Source: Nageia nagi (Eukaryota > Plantae > Pinophyta). Taken from it: a stretch of DNA of 64,000 nt. The stretch's first letter is position 1. Every line of letters starts with the position of its first letter. The notes under the pieces were generated by a model. It ran no database searches, was not told the origin of the DNA, and saw nothing but the letters and a program-made list of their open reading frames with translations. Below, piece after piece: positions 14,013-26,923 of the stretch. The stretch is taken from NCBI GenBank assembly GCA_050084985.1, contig JBITNC010000001.1, positions 154,132,001-154,196,000 of the forward strand, in the 5' to 3' direction. The position numbers and the translations under genes were made by a program.

Positions 14013-14309
14013 AACATCCTGATCAAATCATATTTCCAAGTTAATGATCCCTCTTAGAAGCTTATTAGTCTTCAGTTGGAGAATGTTGTTTATGTACTCA
14101 TTTTTGTTCTCTGCTTGGCAACCCTTGTATGCTTTCATATGCTCCTCCCCTATTTGTTGAGAGATGAAGATCCTCTTTTTAACCATAAAATTTTTGATGT
14201 ATCTATCATCTTTGAAGACTTGGATCACCTTGATGTTATTTGAAATTGTTGGTGTATATAACATATGAATGGTGAACTTCTTCAACATGCTATTTTTAAC
14301 CAGTTGCAA

Positions 14310-14695
14310 GGTACTTTAGCTATAGCTAATGAATCTACCATGACATTAAGTCTCCTAGAGACCACTTTGATACTGAATACCTTAAGTATTTGATGAGATT
14401 CCACACCCTCAACCTATATTGGTTCAAGTGGTTATATTTACATTCATATTAACCCTTGACCTACTCAACCACTAATTTTGAATCCACATATAACTAAGAG
14501 GTTCTCAACATATTTTTCCAATGTCATTTTCATGCCTTGAATCAAAGCTTCATACTCAATCATATTACATTTACATAAAACTTTAATTATAAAAGAAGAT
14601 TGATATTTATTCCCTTTTTGATTTTGTATTTTGATTCCTTCTCCTCCTCCCATATTGGAATTGGATCCATCAAACCTGAGAATCCAATGTCATTG
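14310..14695 (-). pseudogene. Additional (archaeal-type) RNase H domain, aRH, located between protease and RT
   Basis: WILRFDGS..MGGGEGI...CKCNMIEYEALIQGM matches the aRH motifs FDGS / GAG / CTNNxAEYEAL. Confidence 0.85.
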
Positions 14696-14849
14696 GGGTA
14701 GGAGGACTAGTTACTTTAAGCTAGTAAACATCAAAGAACTATTCTAACAATGCCATTTCATTGTTATTTTTGTAATAAGTGATGAGGTCCCTTAGGTATT
14801 ACTCACTTTGGAATTTGATCTGATTTGGTAAGACTCTCCATGGAAGCCA

Positions 14850-15190
14850 TAAGTACTTGTAACAAGTAGACTAAAATCCATTCAATGTGTCAAACCAATT
14901 CTATCTGAGAAACATACCCTACTTTGGTGATATCTAAATCATGTGAACATCTATGTATATTTCTATTCTTTAATTGAATGCAATATATATGCACAAGTTA
15001 TATATCATTCCAACCACTCTAACTAGGGTATCTTCGAATTGAGTTATTCCCTTTAGAATTTTTCTAATAGGAAAGTTCAATGCCTTAAATACTTTATATG
15101 ATGTGATGTTAGCTCTTGCACTAGAATCTATCATACAATTATGTAATTTTTTTTCATCTAAACTCAATATGATCTATAAAGGAGGAATAG
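14850..15190 (-). pseudogene. Aspartic protease (Tat type)
   Basis: LHNCMIDSSARANIT resembles the LHNCMxDSGAxxN active site. Confidence 0.8.
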
Positions 15191-16649
15191 CTTTCTTAGG
15201 GGTATATGTTTGAACTTTATCTAGGACCATTTGTATTTAGGTAGATGAAGGCACTTCATTTGACTCTAGTGGAATTGGTTGTGTCTATTTAGGTACCCAA
15301 ATTTATTTTTGCTTTTATTTATGCCTTGATATGTTGGTGAAATAACCTAAAAGTTATTCTCATGGTGTATCAAATTTTAATATATCCATCATGCTTGCAT
15401 TAGACTTAGTGTGTTTCACTTAGCTCTTCTTTTGAATGTGTTAGCTTATATCCCATTTTCACTTCTTTATCTTGATGAAAAGTGCTTTCTTATTACATGT
15501 GAGCTTTGTCCTATCTTGGAATAACTACCTTTTGTTGATATTGAGAAACATGAGGTTTTGGGATCAAACCAGGTAGAGGAGGATTATTTTATGACACTTG
15601 ATCCAAAGGTATTTAGAAGTTATTAGGATGGTTAGGTTCCATCAATGGTTCTCTTTCTTTTCTCCTATATCCCAACCAAATCTCTTAGGATTTTCTTATG
15701 TCATGTAGACTAGCTTGAAAGTAATTGGTATTTCCTTAGGTATCTCATTAACTTGTACTTCATCCTCCTTGGTGGTGTATAACTTAAACATCAATGTTTC
15801 ATTCTAGATTTTAATGATCTTCAACTTTCCATTGCGATCCCAGATAGGTCCATATTATTCACTTGAGAAGGACCTAGATCTTTTGCTACTAGGTTGGATA
15901 TTATGCTAGTGGTATTTTTTAGGTCAATATTATATGGTGTATTGATCCTGTAAAAATTAAAGTTACATGGGTGGTCATTATTTTGAGCCTGCTATTGATT
16001 GAAGCTTGTATTTTTTAGCCCCTAGTTGGTATTATCTACCAACTTTTTCAATAACACCTTAAGGTTGTTTTGGTCATTATCCTTTTTTTATAGCACTCTT
16101 TATTTTTTGGCTAGCTCTTTCTCCCTCTTAGCAAGCTCTTGGTCTTTCTTTGATGGATATTGGATCTTGTGGAATCATTTGTAGATTATCCTAGGAGTTG
16201 TTGTAAGATATTAAGGTCCCCTTGATATGAGATATTTTGTGCAAGGTTCAAATAAGATGGTTATGATATTTGGCCTAGGAGTTGAGCCAAAATATTGGTA
16301 TTTAATGGATTAGATTGTGAATATGAGTTAGAGTTGTTAATGATAGGTGTGATTGTTGCAAAATGTGTGTAGGTAAGGGCCAAAGGATTTGGTTGAATGA
16401 CATTTGTAGTCATGAGGATGTTTGGGAGTTGAGACTATGTAGGGTTCAAAGAGGCTAGCTATGAAAGATATTAGGGTTATTTAAGTTAAAGTATCCTAAA
16501 AAATGCATCAAATTTGTTATTGTTTCACCCTCTATGTTTTGTGTAAGTTATCATTCTATAAAGGTAACAATAACATAAGCCCTTTGTAAGGTTGACATTC
16601 GCTTCTCTTCTTATGAATATCATTGTAAGGGGGTCAAGTGCTTGAATAT

Positions 16650-17090
16650 ACACATACAATGCATCATTGAGTAAACCTATATGGGGTTGTACTACCTTGT
16701 AATATGCCTTTTAAAACCTATCCTCAAAAATTCCTTATAGGTTCATGTGAGAATTTATTAGTGTTCATAAATTGTTGGTATAAAATGTCTAGATCTAAGG
16801 GAACTTGAAATATCTTCAAAAATGCTTCCTCAAACTGCATCCAAGATGTAATAAACCTTAGAGTGAGGTTTATGTACCAATATTTAGCCCAACCTTCCAG
16901 AGTTTATGGAGACAATATGCATGCTATATCTTCATATTCAATGTAGAGTTTAGTTAATGTATGACTGAATGTAGTCTTCTATTGACATCAAGTTGTGAAG
17001 GTTATACTTCAAGAAATGCTTTTGGTAGACCTTTGGAAACTCATGTTGAATACTTGGAACAAAAATAGGATTTGATATCAACCAAGATGG
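16650..17090 (-). pseudogene. Gag (retrotrans_gag-like) remnant
   Basis: Minus strand TLEGWAKYWYINL...ITSWMQFEEAFLKIF. Confidence 0.7.
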
Positions 17091-17491
17091 AGTTGGGTTT
17101 GCCATTCTTCTCTTGGGTTGTGCAATGAAAGGAATAATTACTTGTGATGTAGCTCTAACTTATGGTTGTGGACCTTGTTGTGATTTTACATGTCATTGTG
17201 CTTGCACACTATGTTGTGCTTATACACTTGCTTGTGTAAGGTTCAATAAAGGAACAAAGTGCTTTGGTGAGCTAGGAATTGTGATGCATGTATTGGATAT
17301 GGTAGAGGTAGAAGTGTCTCGAAGAGCTTGTATTTGAGCTTCATATGACTCTTGGGAAATTCCCAATTCTTATTTAGGCTTAAACTTGTTCTTACTTTGC
17401 CTAAAATTATACATAACATATTTGTTGGATCCCAACTTGATAGGACATGACTAGAAAAACAACACTTTACTAGGTACATAAATAGTTCAAA

Positions 17492-17508
17492 CCCTCTTTC
17501 TAGCTCCA
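17492..17508 (-). promoter_or_regulatory. Primer-binding site of the TatII element
   Basis: TGGAGCTAGAAAGAGGG lies 5 nt after the LTR end CAACA. It resembles a decayed Tat-type TGGCGC.. PBS; the priming tRNA is not assigned. Confidence 0.6.
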
Positions 17509-18649
17509 ATTTATGTTGGGTAGCTTTTCTTTCCTACCTTATTGATAAGTAAATAATTCTTAAGCCTCATAAATAAACCAACACCTAGGTGAAAGGGTGT
17601 TACACCTTCCTACTATGAGGATTGGCTACCTCAAAGGTCTCTTGGATGGATGTGTAAGAACAAGATTTAGATAATGGTTAGGATGTTTGAAGCTATTACC
17701 AACATATTTGTTAATCAAGGACTTAGAGTTCCATTATATCTAAAAAAAGGCTATTTATCAAACTAACCAAATAAAGGGGTATCTAAAATCCATAGAAAAA
17801 GTGAAAAATAGAATAGTTGGTGGTATGTGACTTTGTCACAAGTGCCTATGATCTCACTGATCGATGCAAGATTTGAAATATACTCTTCTTTGGATTGATA
17901 TATGTTCCACACACTCCTTATCCACTCCACTAGCCAACAACAAGAGTGGCCTAGTGTGAGGATCTTTAAGTGATGTTAATGATGGTAAAAAGGTAAGTCA
18001 AGGATAGGTATTCAACTAGGGAGTGAAGTTCCTATGCTAAGCAACATGAGGAAGCCATCTCAAATTGATCAAGTCTACAATGCAAACTATTAATTGTTAT
18101 GCAACCAAGCATTACTTAAAATATGACTAAAAATGTTCAAGCACTCTTTTGTCACCTTAAATAAGATTTACAAAATGTACCAAGCAATCAATATAAAACA
18201 ATATAGTAACATTCATTCACTTAAGCTCTTAGATATATCAATGATATTCATTGACATTCATAGTTACAAATAAATGAGAGCATTCACCATTCAATTATTT
18301 GAAATATACCACATTCACAAATTAAGAAAACTTTCTAGCTTTAAAATATTAGATAAGTTATTCAATTTGCAAAATGTATAATCCCATACAAATGATCCCT
18401 TAAGGGTTATAAATATTTTTTCATTGCATATCCAAGTGTTTTCCTAACCCTAATATATTTTTTGATAAAAATAAATATGGTCCAATGAAATATCATCACA
18501 TGGTATTACAAGATCTATTGTAGCACTTATGGGAGAAAATCCTCATCCATCAGAAGGTTGTAATAAAATAATTAATTAATTTTTTTTCAAAAATGAAATA
18601 TTTTGCAAGAAAATAAAATATTAATAAAAAATAAGCTATGAATATTATG

Positions 18650-21600
18650 CTAAAATCGCAACTCTATCTTCAAAGTCTTCATCCAAGAACTTCATCATGA
18701 TGTCCAAGCCATGCATCATATCATCATATTCTTCCATGTTTCTCTTAATGTATTCATCCACCTTATGGGTGATTTGTTCATTCTCCAATTTCCAAGAATA
18801 CACTTTCATCATGTGTTTAGCATGGATTTCATTTTAGTAAGCATTCACATCCTCTATCAACAGTAAATCCTTGAGAAGGTGTCTCACATTGGTGGCCACT
18901 TCAATTGTTTCCTTGATCATACCATCTTTGAGGAACTTAAATTCATAATCCATCCACTCCATTCATGAGTTTACCTTATCACTAATATTTTCCATCTCCT
19001 TACTTCCTAAAATTAGGAGCTCATGTGTAGCACTATTCCTAAGTGAAACTAATATTCTATATAAATTTATCATCTTATGGTCTCCTTGCCTTGGCTACTT
19101 AGGAGCTCTTAATCAATGTATTCTATATCTCCAACATCCCAGGGAACTCTAACCTATTTTTCATAACTTCCTTTAATTTTTCTTCTTCTATGGAGATTTT
19201 TCAAAGAGCCTCTACAAATTTTGTCTCTGCCATAATCATTTCTTCAATCAATTCCTTCTTGATTGCCACTAGACCTTCCTTTAGTGGTTTTTTCTTCTTA
19301 AGTTCTTCTAAAGGCATCTTAACCATATCCATCTCTCTTGTTATCCTCTTATGAGTGACCAAATCCTTCTTAAGACTCTTAATCTCTTTCTCCATTTACA
19401 ACCCATCCTTTGTTATTGCATCTGCATTGGCTATGATGTAATGCTTTCTCCTTATAATCTTGATTGGTCCTATGTTGAGTATTTTTCTTAAGGTCTTCAG
19501 GATTCTTAGGGTTAGCCTTGTTTGTGTACATTATCTTTATATAAAAAATATGTTTATTTATGTGTACATATGTTTGACTTTTTTCTAGTTGAGTAGAGCT
19601 CTCTCCTACTTGATTATCAGCTAAAGCACCTTCAAAATCCTTTCCAATGTCCATAATGAAAATATCAAGGCATTTATCCACTTCAATGCCCCACTCATCA
19701 ATGCATGTGGGTAGATGTCTCTCAACAATGGGATCCTATGTGGTTACGACATCCAACCTTCATCTCTTCAATTATCACACTTCTTCACTTTGGTTCTCCT
19801 CATCATATCCATTTATTAACTACTATGTATGTGGAGTCATCTTAAGTTGTATCCTCTTGGGAACTAATTCAAGAATTGAACTCTTACTTCTTCTTCTTGA
19901 TGTGGAGGGATTCAATGCTGTGGGCTCATGCCTCTCTCCCAAAATCTATAATGATTACTCTTCTTGGTATTCTTCCATAGAATGGGATTGAATTTTGGTC
20001 TATTCACCATTAGCTTGATCCTTCACCTCACCCTCTTTTATCACTTTATACTTTGAACTAGAAGATTTAGACTCTGATAATGGTACAACTAAAATTGAAG
20101 GTTAGCTTGATCTTCTAATGGGCCATTCTAGGGGTGATGGGTATTTATCTATTTTCCTTACACATCTCACCTTCTTATCCATGGATACATCCTCTAACTA
20201 TTTCATATCATGTTTGAATATCTAGCTACTCTCTCACTTGTTCCACCACTATCTCCACTAGGTTACTCTCATGCATAGAAGCATATTTTCCAATTGGCTC
20301 GTTATTTTCTAAAGGATATTTTATAGCTTGGCATGTGGACTCACCTCACCTTCTCCCCTTGATATAAGATGATAAATGCTTATGTATTCTCTCTTTTACC
20401 ATCACTTCTTCTTCATTTATTCTTGCAACTAAGCAAAAATCCTTTACATCTCTAACTCACTACTTACATTTCTAAATGATTCTTCTCCTTCAAGTGGCTT
20501 ATGATTATATGCCCTCTTCTACTCCTTCATGTAGAAACTATGAATTTTGTGATCTAGGTTATAATGGTCTGCTGCATTCATCTTCCTGAAACTATACCTT
20601 TCAAGCTCCTCTTTATAGTATTAACATTTTCTTATGACCTGCACTGGTACTCTCTCACTATAATGATAAGTTGGTGGTTGTCAACTTCTTGTGGCACACC
20701 TACTTATGCAAGAATGTTAACCACCTCATCATCTCCATCATGATCAATTTGTTGTTGATATAACTAGGCAATTGGTATGGTTCCACATAAGACCCATAGA
20801 TCCTAGTGTAGGAATAATGCTAATTTTGGATAAAGAAATCTCAATGCTTCTTCAACTCATCTTGGGCTGAGTTAGATATTTGTGTGACTGTAACTCCTCC
20901 CTTCAACTTCTATAAATATCATAATCCCAACCATAATTCATCATGAAGAAGCTATCCCAGCTTCTCTCAACTCTCCATTTGGGATAACACTTCCATACTA
21001 CATAAGTCCCCTTTTGTATCAAGGGATCCTTGCCAAAAGCTTTTGGTCTATACGTGCCATGGAGTAGCAATTACACTAGGTAAGAATTCATGAAAACTTC
21101 TTGGTGGTCCCCATCGATGAAAGATGCTTAGTGAGAGTGTCACTTACAACCTTACTCCATTTTATTATCTTCCCTTTATCCATTTCCACAATGAAGCCAA
21201 ATAAATCCTTCCTAAATTTATTGTTATCCTTCTTCCCAAGTACTCTGGACAACATAGTGATCATCCTATCAATGGAGGGGTAGAAGTTGGTGTGCTTAGC
21301 ATTGATGATAGAATTCCCTTTCAACTCTTGATGTTATTTAAACATCCAATCCTTGATCATAATAACCACTTTACTTGTGGCTTGATAATGGTCAAGTGAT
21401 GTTGCTTTGCTATACTCATAGTATTCTTCTCTCAACCACTGAAATGATTATTTTATTACCTCTAGGCTAAAATCCATGATCATTCCTTCTTTGACATCTC
21501 TAAGCACCCTCTCACTAATTTTCTAATGATGGCTTACTTTTAGGTACAACCAAAGGAATGGGACTGCAAAGGGATGGTGGCAACCATCACAAGACCTAAG

Positions 21601-21950
21601 AAGAACACAACATCCTTTTTCAACACCTTCATGCCTATGCTTTTGACTTTCTCCCTTATATGGATGGGCTTAATGTTTTGCCAATATGTATCTTTGATTA
21701 TCGTAGACCAATTCTTAGTGAACTTAGCACCTCACCTCAGGGGTTCTTATCTCACACATATAAATGATGCTATCCTTCCTCAATCACTCAAGGTCCATGA
21801 CATACTCCTTAGCCACACTACTTCTTGAATTTGTCATCTTGATGGTAAGTAAGTTGTAGGTAGCTCCTTGGAATCTAATGCAAGTCGTATTGGATGCAAA
21901 TCTCTAAATGATGTCTTAATCTCTCCTTCTCTCCTTCCCCTTGGTTCAAA
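18650..21950 (-). pseudogene. Extra ORF of unknown function within the TatII LTR/3' region
   Basis: Collinear minus-strand coding fragments (21088-21324, 19379-19681, 19201-19395, ending ...FLDEDFEDRVAILA*), with an E/K-rich coiled-coil-like C-terminal part. Confidence 0.6.
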
Positions 21951-22000
21951 AAATGAAGAGAAAAATTATTTGAATTTGGAAAAATGAGCCCAAATCTCTT

Positions 22001-22010
22001 CTATTTATAG
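22001..22010 (-). promoter_or_regulatory. TATA box upstream of the extra ORF
   Basis: CTATAAATAG on the minus strand, followed by a pyrimidine-rich leader. Conserved in the second copy at ~11114-11123. Confidence 0.55.
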
Positions 22011-23553
22011 CAAAAATTAGGTTTACAGAAATCCTAGTCTTCCAGATTTAGGAGAAAAATAATCTCAACCACCCAAATGGCCAACCTTGAGATGTGTGTT
22101 ACTCCAAAACTCAAAAATTAGAACCCTAGGACATGGAAAAAGGGAAGAGAGTGGTTTTTTGAGCTAGTGCATGCTAGAAAAAAAGAAAAAATCATATCTT
22201 TTTTTGTCATGCACTAGGCTTGAGGGTGACCCAAATTCTAGTGCAAGTTTCTTAGGCTTTCCAATTCATCTACTTGACCCTTATGTTGACCTCTCCTATT
22301 GTGGTTCTTTATGATTTCATCTTCCCTTGGGTACTAACTTGTTAAAATTTCACTTTGAACTCTTCTTAGACTCCTCTCATGTTGGGCACATGCCACAAAA
22401 AGTCATCCACCTATCTTTTTTTCCATGTGCTAGCCTTCCTAGTCTCTCTAGTTTGGGTGCATGCTTGAAAAAATCACCTCCATGTCTTTTTTTTTTGGTG
22501 TTCCAACCTTCCTTTTCCTATTTTTACTTGGTTTTGGGCTTGAATGTGCAAAACTTAGCCAAATTATACCTTCTACTTGTTCCTGGATCCCTCTTGGTTG
22601 GGCACATACTAAAAATAGTCACAATATTATATTTTGGAAGTATGCACCAACCCTCCTTGACCCTGATTTATCTAATTTTGGACTTAAATGCTCATTCCTT
22701 AGCCAATTTTCACCTTAATCTCAATCTATGTCCTCTTGGCTAGCAAGTACATGCTAGAAAAAGGCATATTCTTATCTTGTAGAGGCATGTGTTGGGTCTT
22801 TGGGAGAGCTAGTTTGGCCTTTTCTACTCAAGAGTTTGTCTTGCTCCTATTCATGGTATAGTGAATACTAGAAAAGACACAATCTTATCTTTTTTATTCA
22901 TGTGTTGGGCCTTAGGGTGTTCAAGTTTTCCTTGGGTGCATGCCATAAAAAGATAAAAATAATATTTTGGAGTCATGCACTGATAATGCTGGAGGATGTC
23001 GTTCACTTTGCTTAGATCCAAACTTGTGTTCCCTATTTTCTCATAAACTTGACCTCCTATTTCTAGAATTATTAATTTTTGATAAATTATAGGTTTAGAC
23101 TACCATATAGATAAGTCCAATAAGCTATGATGCTCACTTTGATGGGATGATGAACATGATAACTAAATGACTAAAATACTAAGTGTGACATCACTTGAAT
23201 AGAAGTTTTGTGGATCCCCAAAATCACATGCTATTAAAATATCCATGGGATGAGCTATCAAAATATACAACATCTATTAAAGGCCTTCATGTGATCAGCT
23301 ATCAGAATTGAACTTCTCAATGTCTGTTGAAGGACCATAGTTTGTCATAAAAATTGTTTAAAAAGTCAATGTATGCTTGTAATAATTTCTATGATTCTTC
23401 TCTTTGAGTTGGGTTGAGAAACTTATGCAAGTCCATGTGACCATGAAAATAGTCATTCCACCAGTCACACACGTGATCCATTTCATATAGATAAGAAGTG
23501 ATAAGGGATATGATGACCTTATCTACCTTTTCTTATATTTTATATTATGATTT

Positions 23554-23812
23554 GAATCAACCTTAGATGCTCTTGCATCAATAGTGATAAAGGAATTATA
23601 ATATAAAATAGAAGAAAAGGTAGATAAGTTTTAATATTTCCATTTCATTTGAATCAACCTTTTTATGGGCCCATCACAAAGGAAGAAAGTGACAACATAT
23701 TCCCTTATCTACCTTACTATTTTCTTCTATTTTAAAACTTATCTACCTTTTATTCTATTTTCTATTATGATTCCTTCATCACTATTGATGCAAGAGCATA
23801 TAAGGTTGATTC
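23554..23812. repeat. Inverted repeat with 80-bp arms and a ~100-bp loop
   Basis: 23554-23633 pairs with 23733-23812; I count 5 mismatches. Confidence 0.9.
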
Positions 23813-26800
23813 GAATCCAACACCTCCTAGAAATCATGTCGATAACATGATATGGTATTATTCTTAATGGTTACACATTATTTGAAACATAACATACTAC
23901 ATTATTAAATAGTGAAGAATCCCATTATGGAGGAAGGAATTCAAATGTAACAAAGTGAAAATGAGGGGCTTGAGTTGGGATCTTGGCATTGAGAGAAAGC
24001 ATCAATAGATTGTAGAAGGTGACCATCATGAACATAATAAATATGGAGGAGCTACAATCTAGGAAAACACCAAGGAGTAACCATTTTCAAAAGGTTTGGG
24101 GTATCATTTTTGTAAAAGAGACTACTCCACAACCATAGCAAAGAATACAAATATTGTGTAGCATTTGAAACAAGGAGTGATCCAATACAACAACAAATAG
24201 GTGGCTTTGGATTTTGCTTATCTAAGGTAGAGGAAAAAATATTTTGAATGGATGGTTGTATGTAAAAGAGGTAGGTGAAGATAGAGAGGAAGGAGGAGAG
24301 ATAATAATTGAATTCATTTGATTTGCAAATGAGAGTCCATTGGTGTTGCTAACCAAAGTGTACTTGTATAGAAAGCCAAAATTCTTTTACAACCATAGAA
24401 TGAGTTCATTTACAAATTCAAAATAACTGTAGCATTACAGTTGTAACATTATGTTAGTATGTTATAGGCAATCATGGTTAGTTTGTCTAGCTTAATAATG
24501 TTACAGTGCATAAGGACCATTATTATATTATTTTTATGCTATCATTAATATTGTAATATAATTGAATATATCAATTTTATGGATTTTTGGTCCAATTTAT
24601 TCTTTAATTATATGTAATCTTATAAGGTCTAATAATTCAAGATCATCATCTTTTCCTGATTATGTTAGGTTGTATTGGAGTATTATGTTCATTCTTGGTG
24701 TGAGCCTTGGCCATTTTCTATTTGAGGAGTCAGTATTGTGAAGTTAGTTGTGTATTTTAACAATAAAATACTAGGACATTTAGAGTTTTGGCTAGATGTG
24801 GAGTCTAGTCTAGTGGAGACATTCATTTGAGGGTCATTGTTTAATATTAAGCTTACTGTTGAAGAATAAGGAACTTAAGAAGATAGTCAAGTTTCCATTA
24901 AGAACTAATTTGTACCAAGGAGGAACAAGTGTGATCCTAGAAGACATGGAGACAGGATAGACTAGTCTACTCTTATGAAAGAATTTTAATATTCGGATGC
25001 CCAAATTTATGTGATAGGAGAGCACAAGTTGGATGTGGATGAACTATCAAGGAAAGGAGACTTTGTGAATACTTTAAGCATGTTGTAAAGATGATATGGA
25101 GATGATTGTACTTGGAAACTAGTAGTTTAACACCAACTATTGAGGTAGAGATAGAGCATATGTATTTCCATCAAAATAGAGTTATGCCTTGTGTTAAAAA
25201 TTAATAAGATAATGATGACTCTGAGTGGGGTGTTGATAGTATTTAGCTTTGGGGAAGCTAGTGAGGATCATGAGTCTTGTTTGAGTGATCTTGAGTAGGG
25301 CTACTTGGAATATTTGGAGAGCAAAGAGGATCATTACAAGGTCCTCATAGAAATTATGCACTTGGAGAGTGACATGCATGAATTTAATCCTACAAAGTCT
25401 AGGACATAGTTTCTTCTTGAAGAAGGTTGTGGTGTTTAAGTTCTTCATATAGGGAAGGAATTGCAAGCTGAGGTTTGTTGGGATATATACCTATAATATG
25501 ATGCTACAAAATATGGATACGTTATGGCTTGAGAGCATACATATGAAGAATAGTTTGTCTACTAAGGAAGCTAGTGAATATTATCTTATGAAGGAGGCAT
25601 ATATTGAAGATTTTATTATGGACATAATAGAAGAAGATAAATAGGGAAGAAACTTTAGGTAAACCAAGGAAGAACCAAATTTAGATAAACCCTATTCTTA
25701 ATGCATTTTTATTAGAGGGTAGATGCATAGGTATGGATGAATATTTCTTGGTAAATAACTCTTTAAAGTTTGGTTTTGATCAAGTCCTTTCATGTAAAAA
25801 AGTAATGGTTAGTTTTAGCCTTTTCATGGGAATAAACATTAGATACTAGATCTTGTATCTAGTTACATGGTAAATCCCTTTTTATGGAAAAACATTATTT
25901 GAGTTTCATTTACCAATGGCAGTGAAACATGGGAGCTATCATGTGGAGGTAGATTTGGGTTGTATTCTTATTGAGATACATTTGGAATAATTATGGAGAC
26001 AAAATCTCTAATTTGTTTTTTTAAATTTTGAGTAAGGGTTGATTTATGGGAAATATTGTTATTGAATTGGTGGGTCATGGAGATATCTAATGCAACTCTG
26101 CATAAAATTCAAGCAATGGAATATTATAATCCTTGCATTAAGTAAATTCTTTTCATATTATCAATTCAAGAATCCTTGAATTGGATATTTACAATGGTGG
26201 AAATACAAAAGGAATAAATTAAAGAAGATTAAATGTTCCAAGTTTTATGTATGAATGGGACCTTATGATTTTTTTTAATCTCATGAGTCTAATCCAGGAT
26301 TATCAAAGGTTGATTAAATCCAACACCTCCCAGTAATCAAGTTAGTAACATGATTTGACATTTATTTTAATGGTTACCCATTATTTTTAGCATAGAAGAC
26401 CTTATCATTGAATGATGAAGAACTCTATGATGTAGAAAAGGATTCAAACACATAAAAGAAAAAATGAGAGGCTAAAGTTAGTATCTTGGCATTGAGAGAA
26501 AGCATCAAAAATTGTAGAAGGTGACCATCAAGAAGAAATTTAATATGGAGGAGCCATGGTGTAGGAAAACACTAAGAAGAAATCATTTTCAAAATGTTTA
26601 AGGTATAATTTTTGTAAAAGAGAATACTCCAAGACCATAAAAAGTAATACAAATGTTGTGTAGCATATGAAACAAGGAGTGATCTAATACCACAACAAAT
26701 AAATGGCATTGGATTTTGGTTATCTAAGGTAGAGGAAAAAATATTTTCAATGGATGGTGGTGCATGTAAAAGAGGGAGGAAAAGATAGAGAGGAAGGAGG

Positions 26801-26923
26801 AGATATAATGAGTGACTTCATTTGATTTGGAAATGAGGGTCCATTGGTGTTGCTAACCAAAGTGTACTTGTATGGAAAGCTAGAGTTCATTTAAAACCAA
26901 AGAATGAGTTCATTTACAAATTC

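Larger units (their letters stand above)
10270..23272 (-). mobile_element. Decayed Ty3/gypsy TatII-type LTR retrotransposon (integrase deleted, 3' end truncated)
   Basis: Minus-strand order LTR - PBS - GAG - PR - aRH - RT - RH - INT start, then a second copy (10270-12260) of sequence found at ~21190-22920. Confidence 0.8.
17514..23272 (-). repeat. Putative ~5.8-kb 5' LTR (TGTTG...CAACA)
   Basis: The 3' end is fixed by the PBS and by the related LTR end at 3254. The candidate 5' end is TGTTGTATATTTTG at 23272. Part of this interval recurs downstream of pol. Confidence 0.55.
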
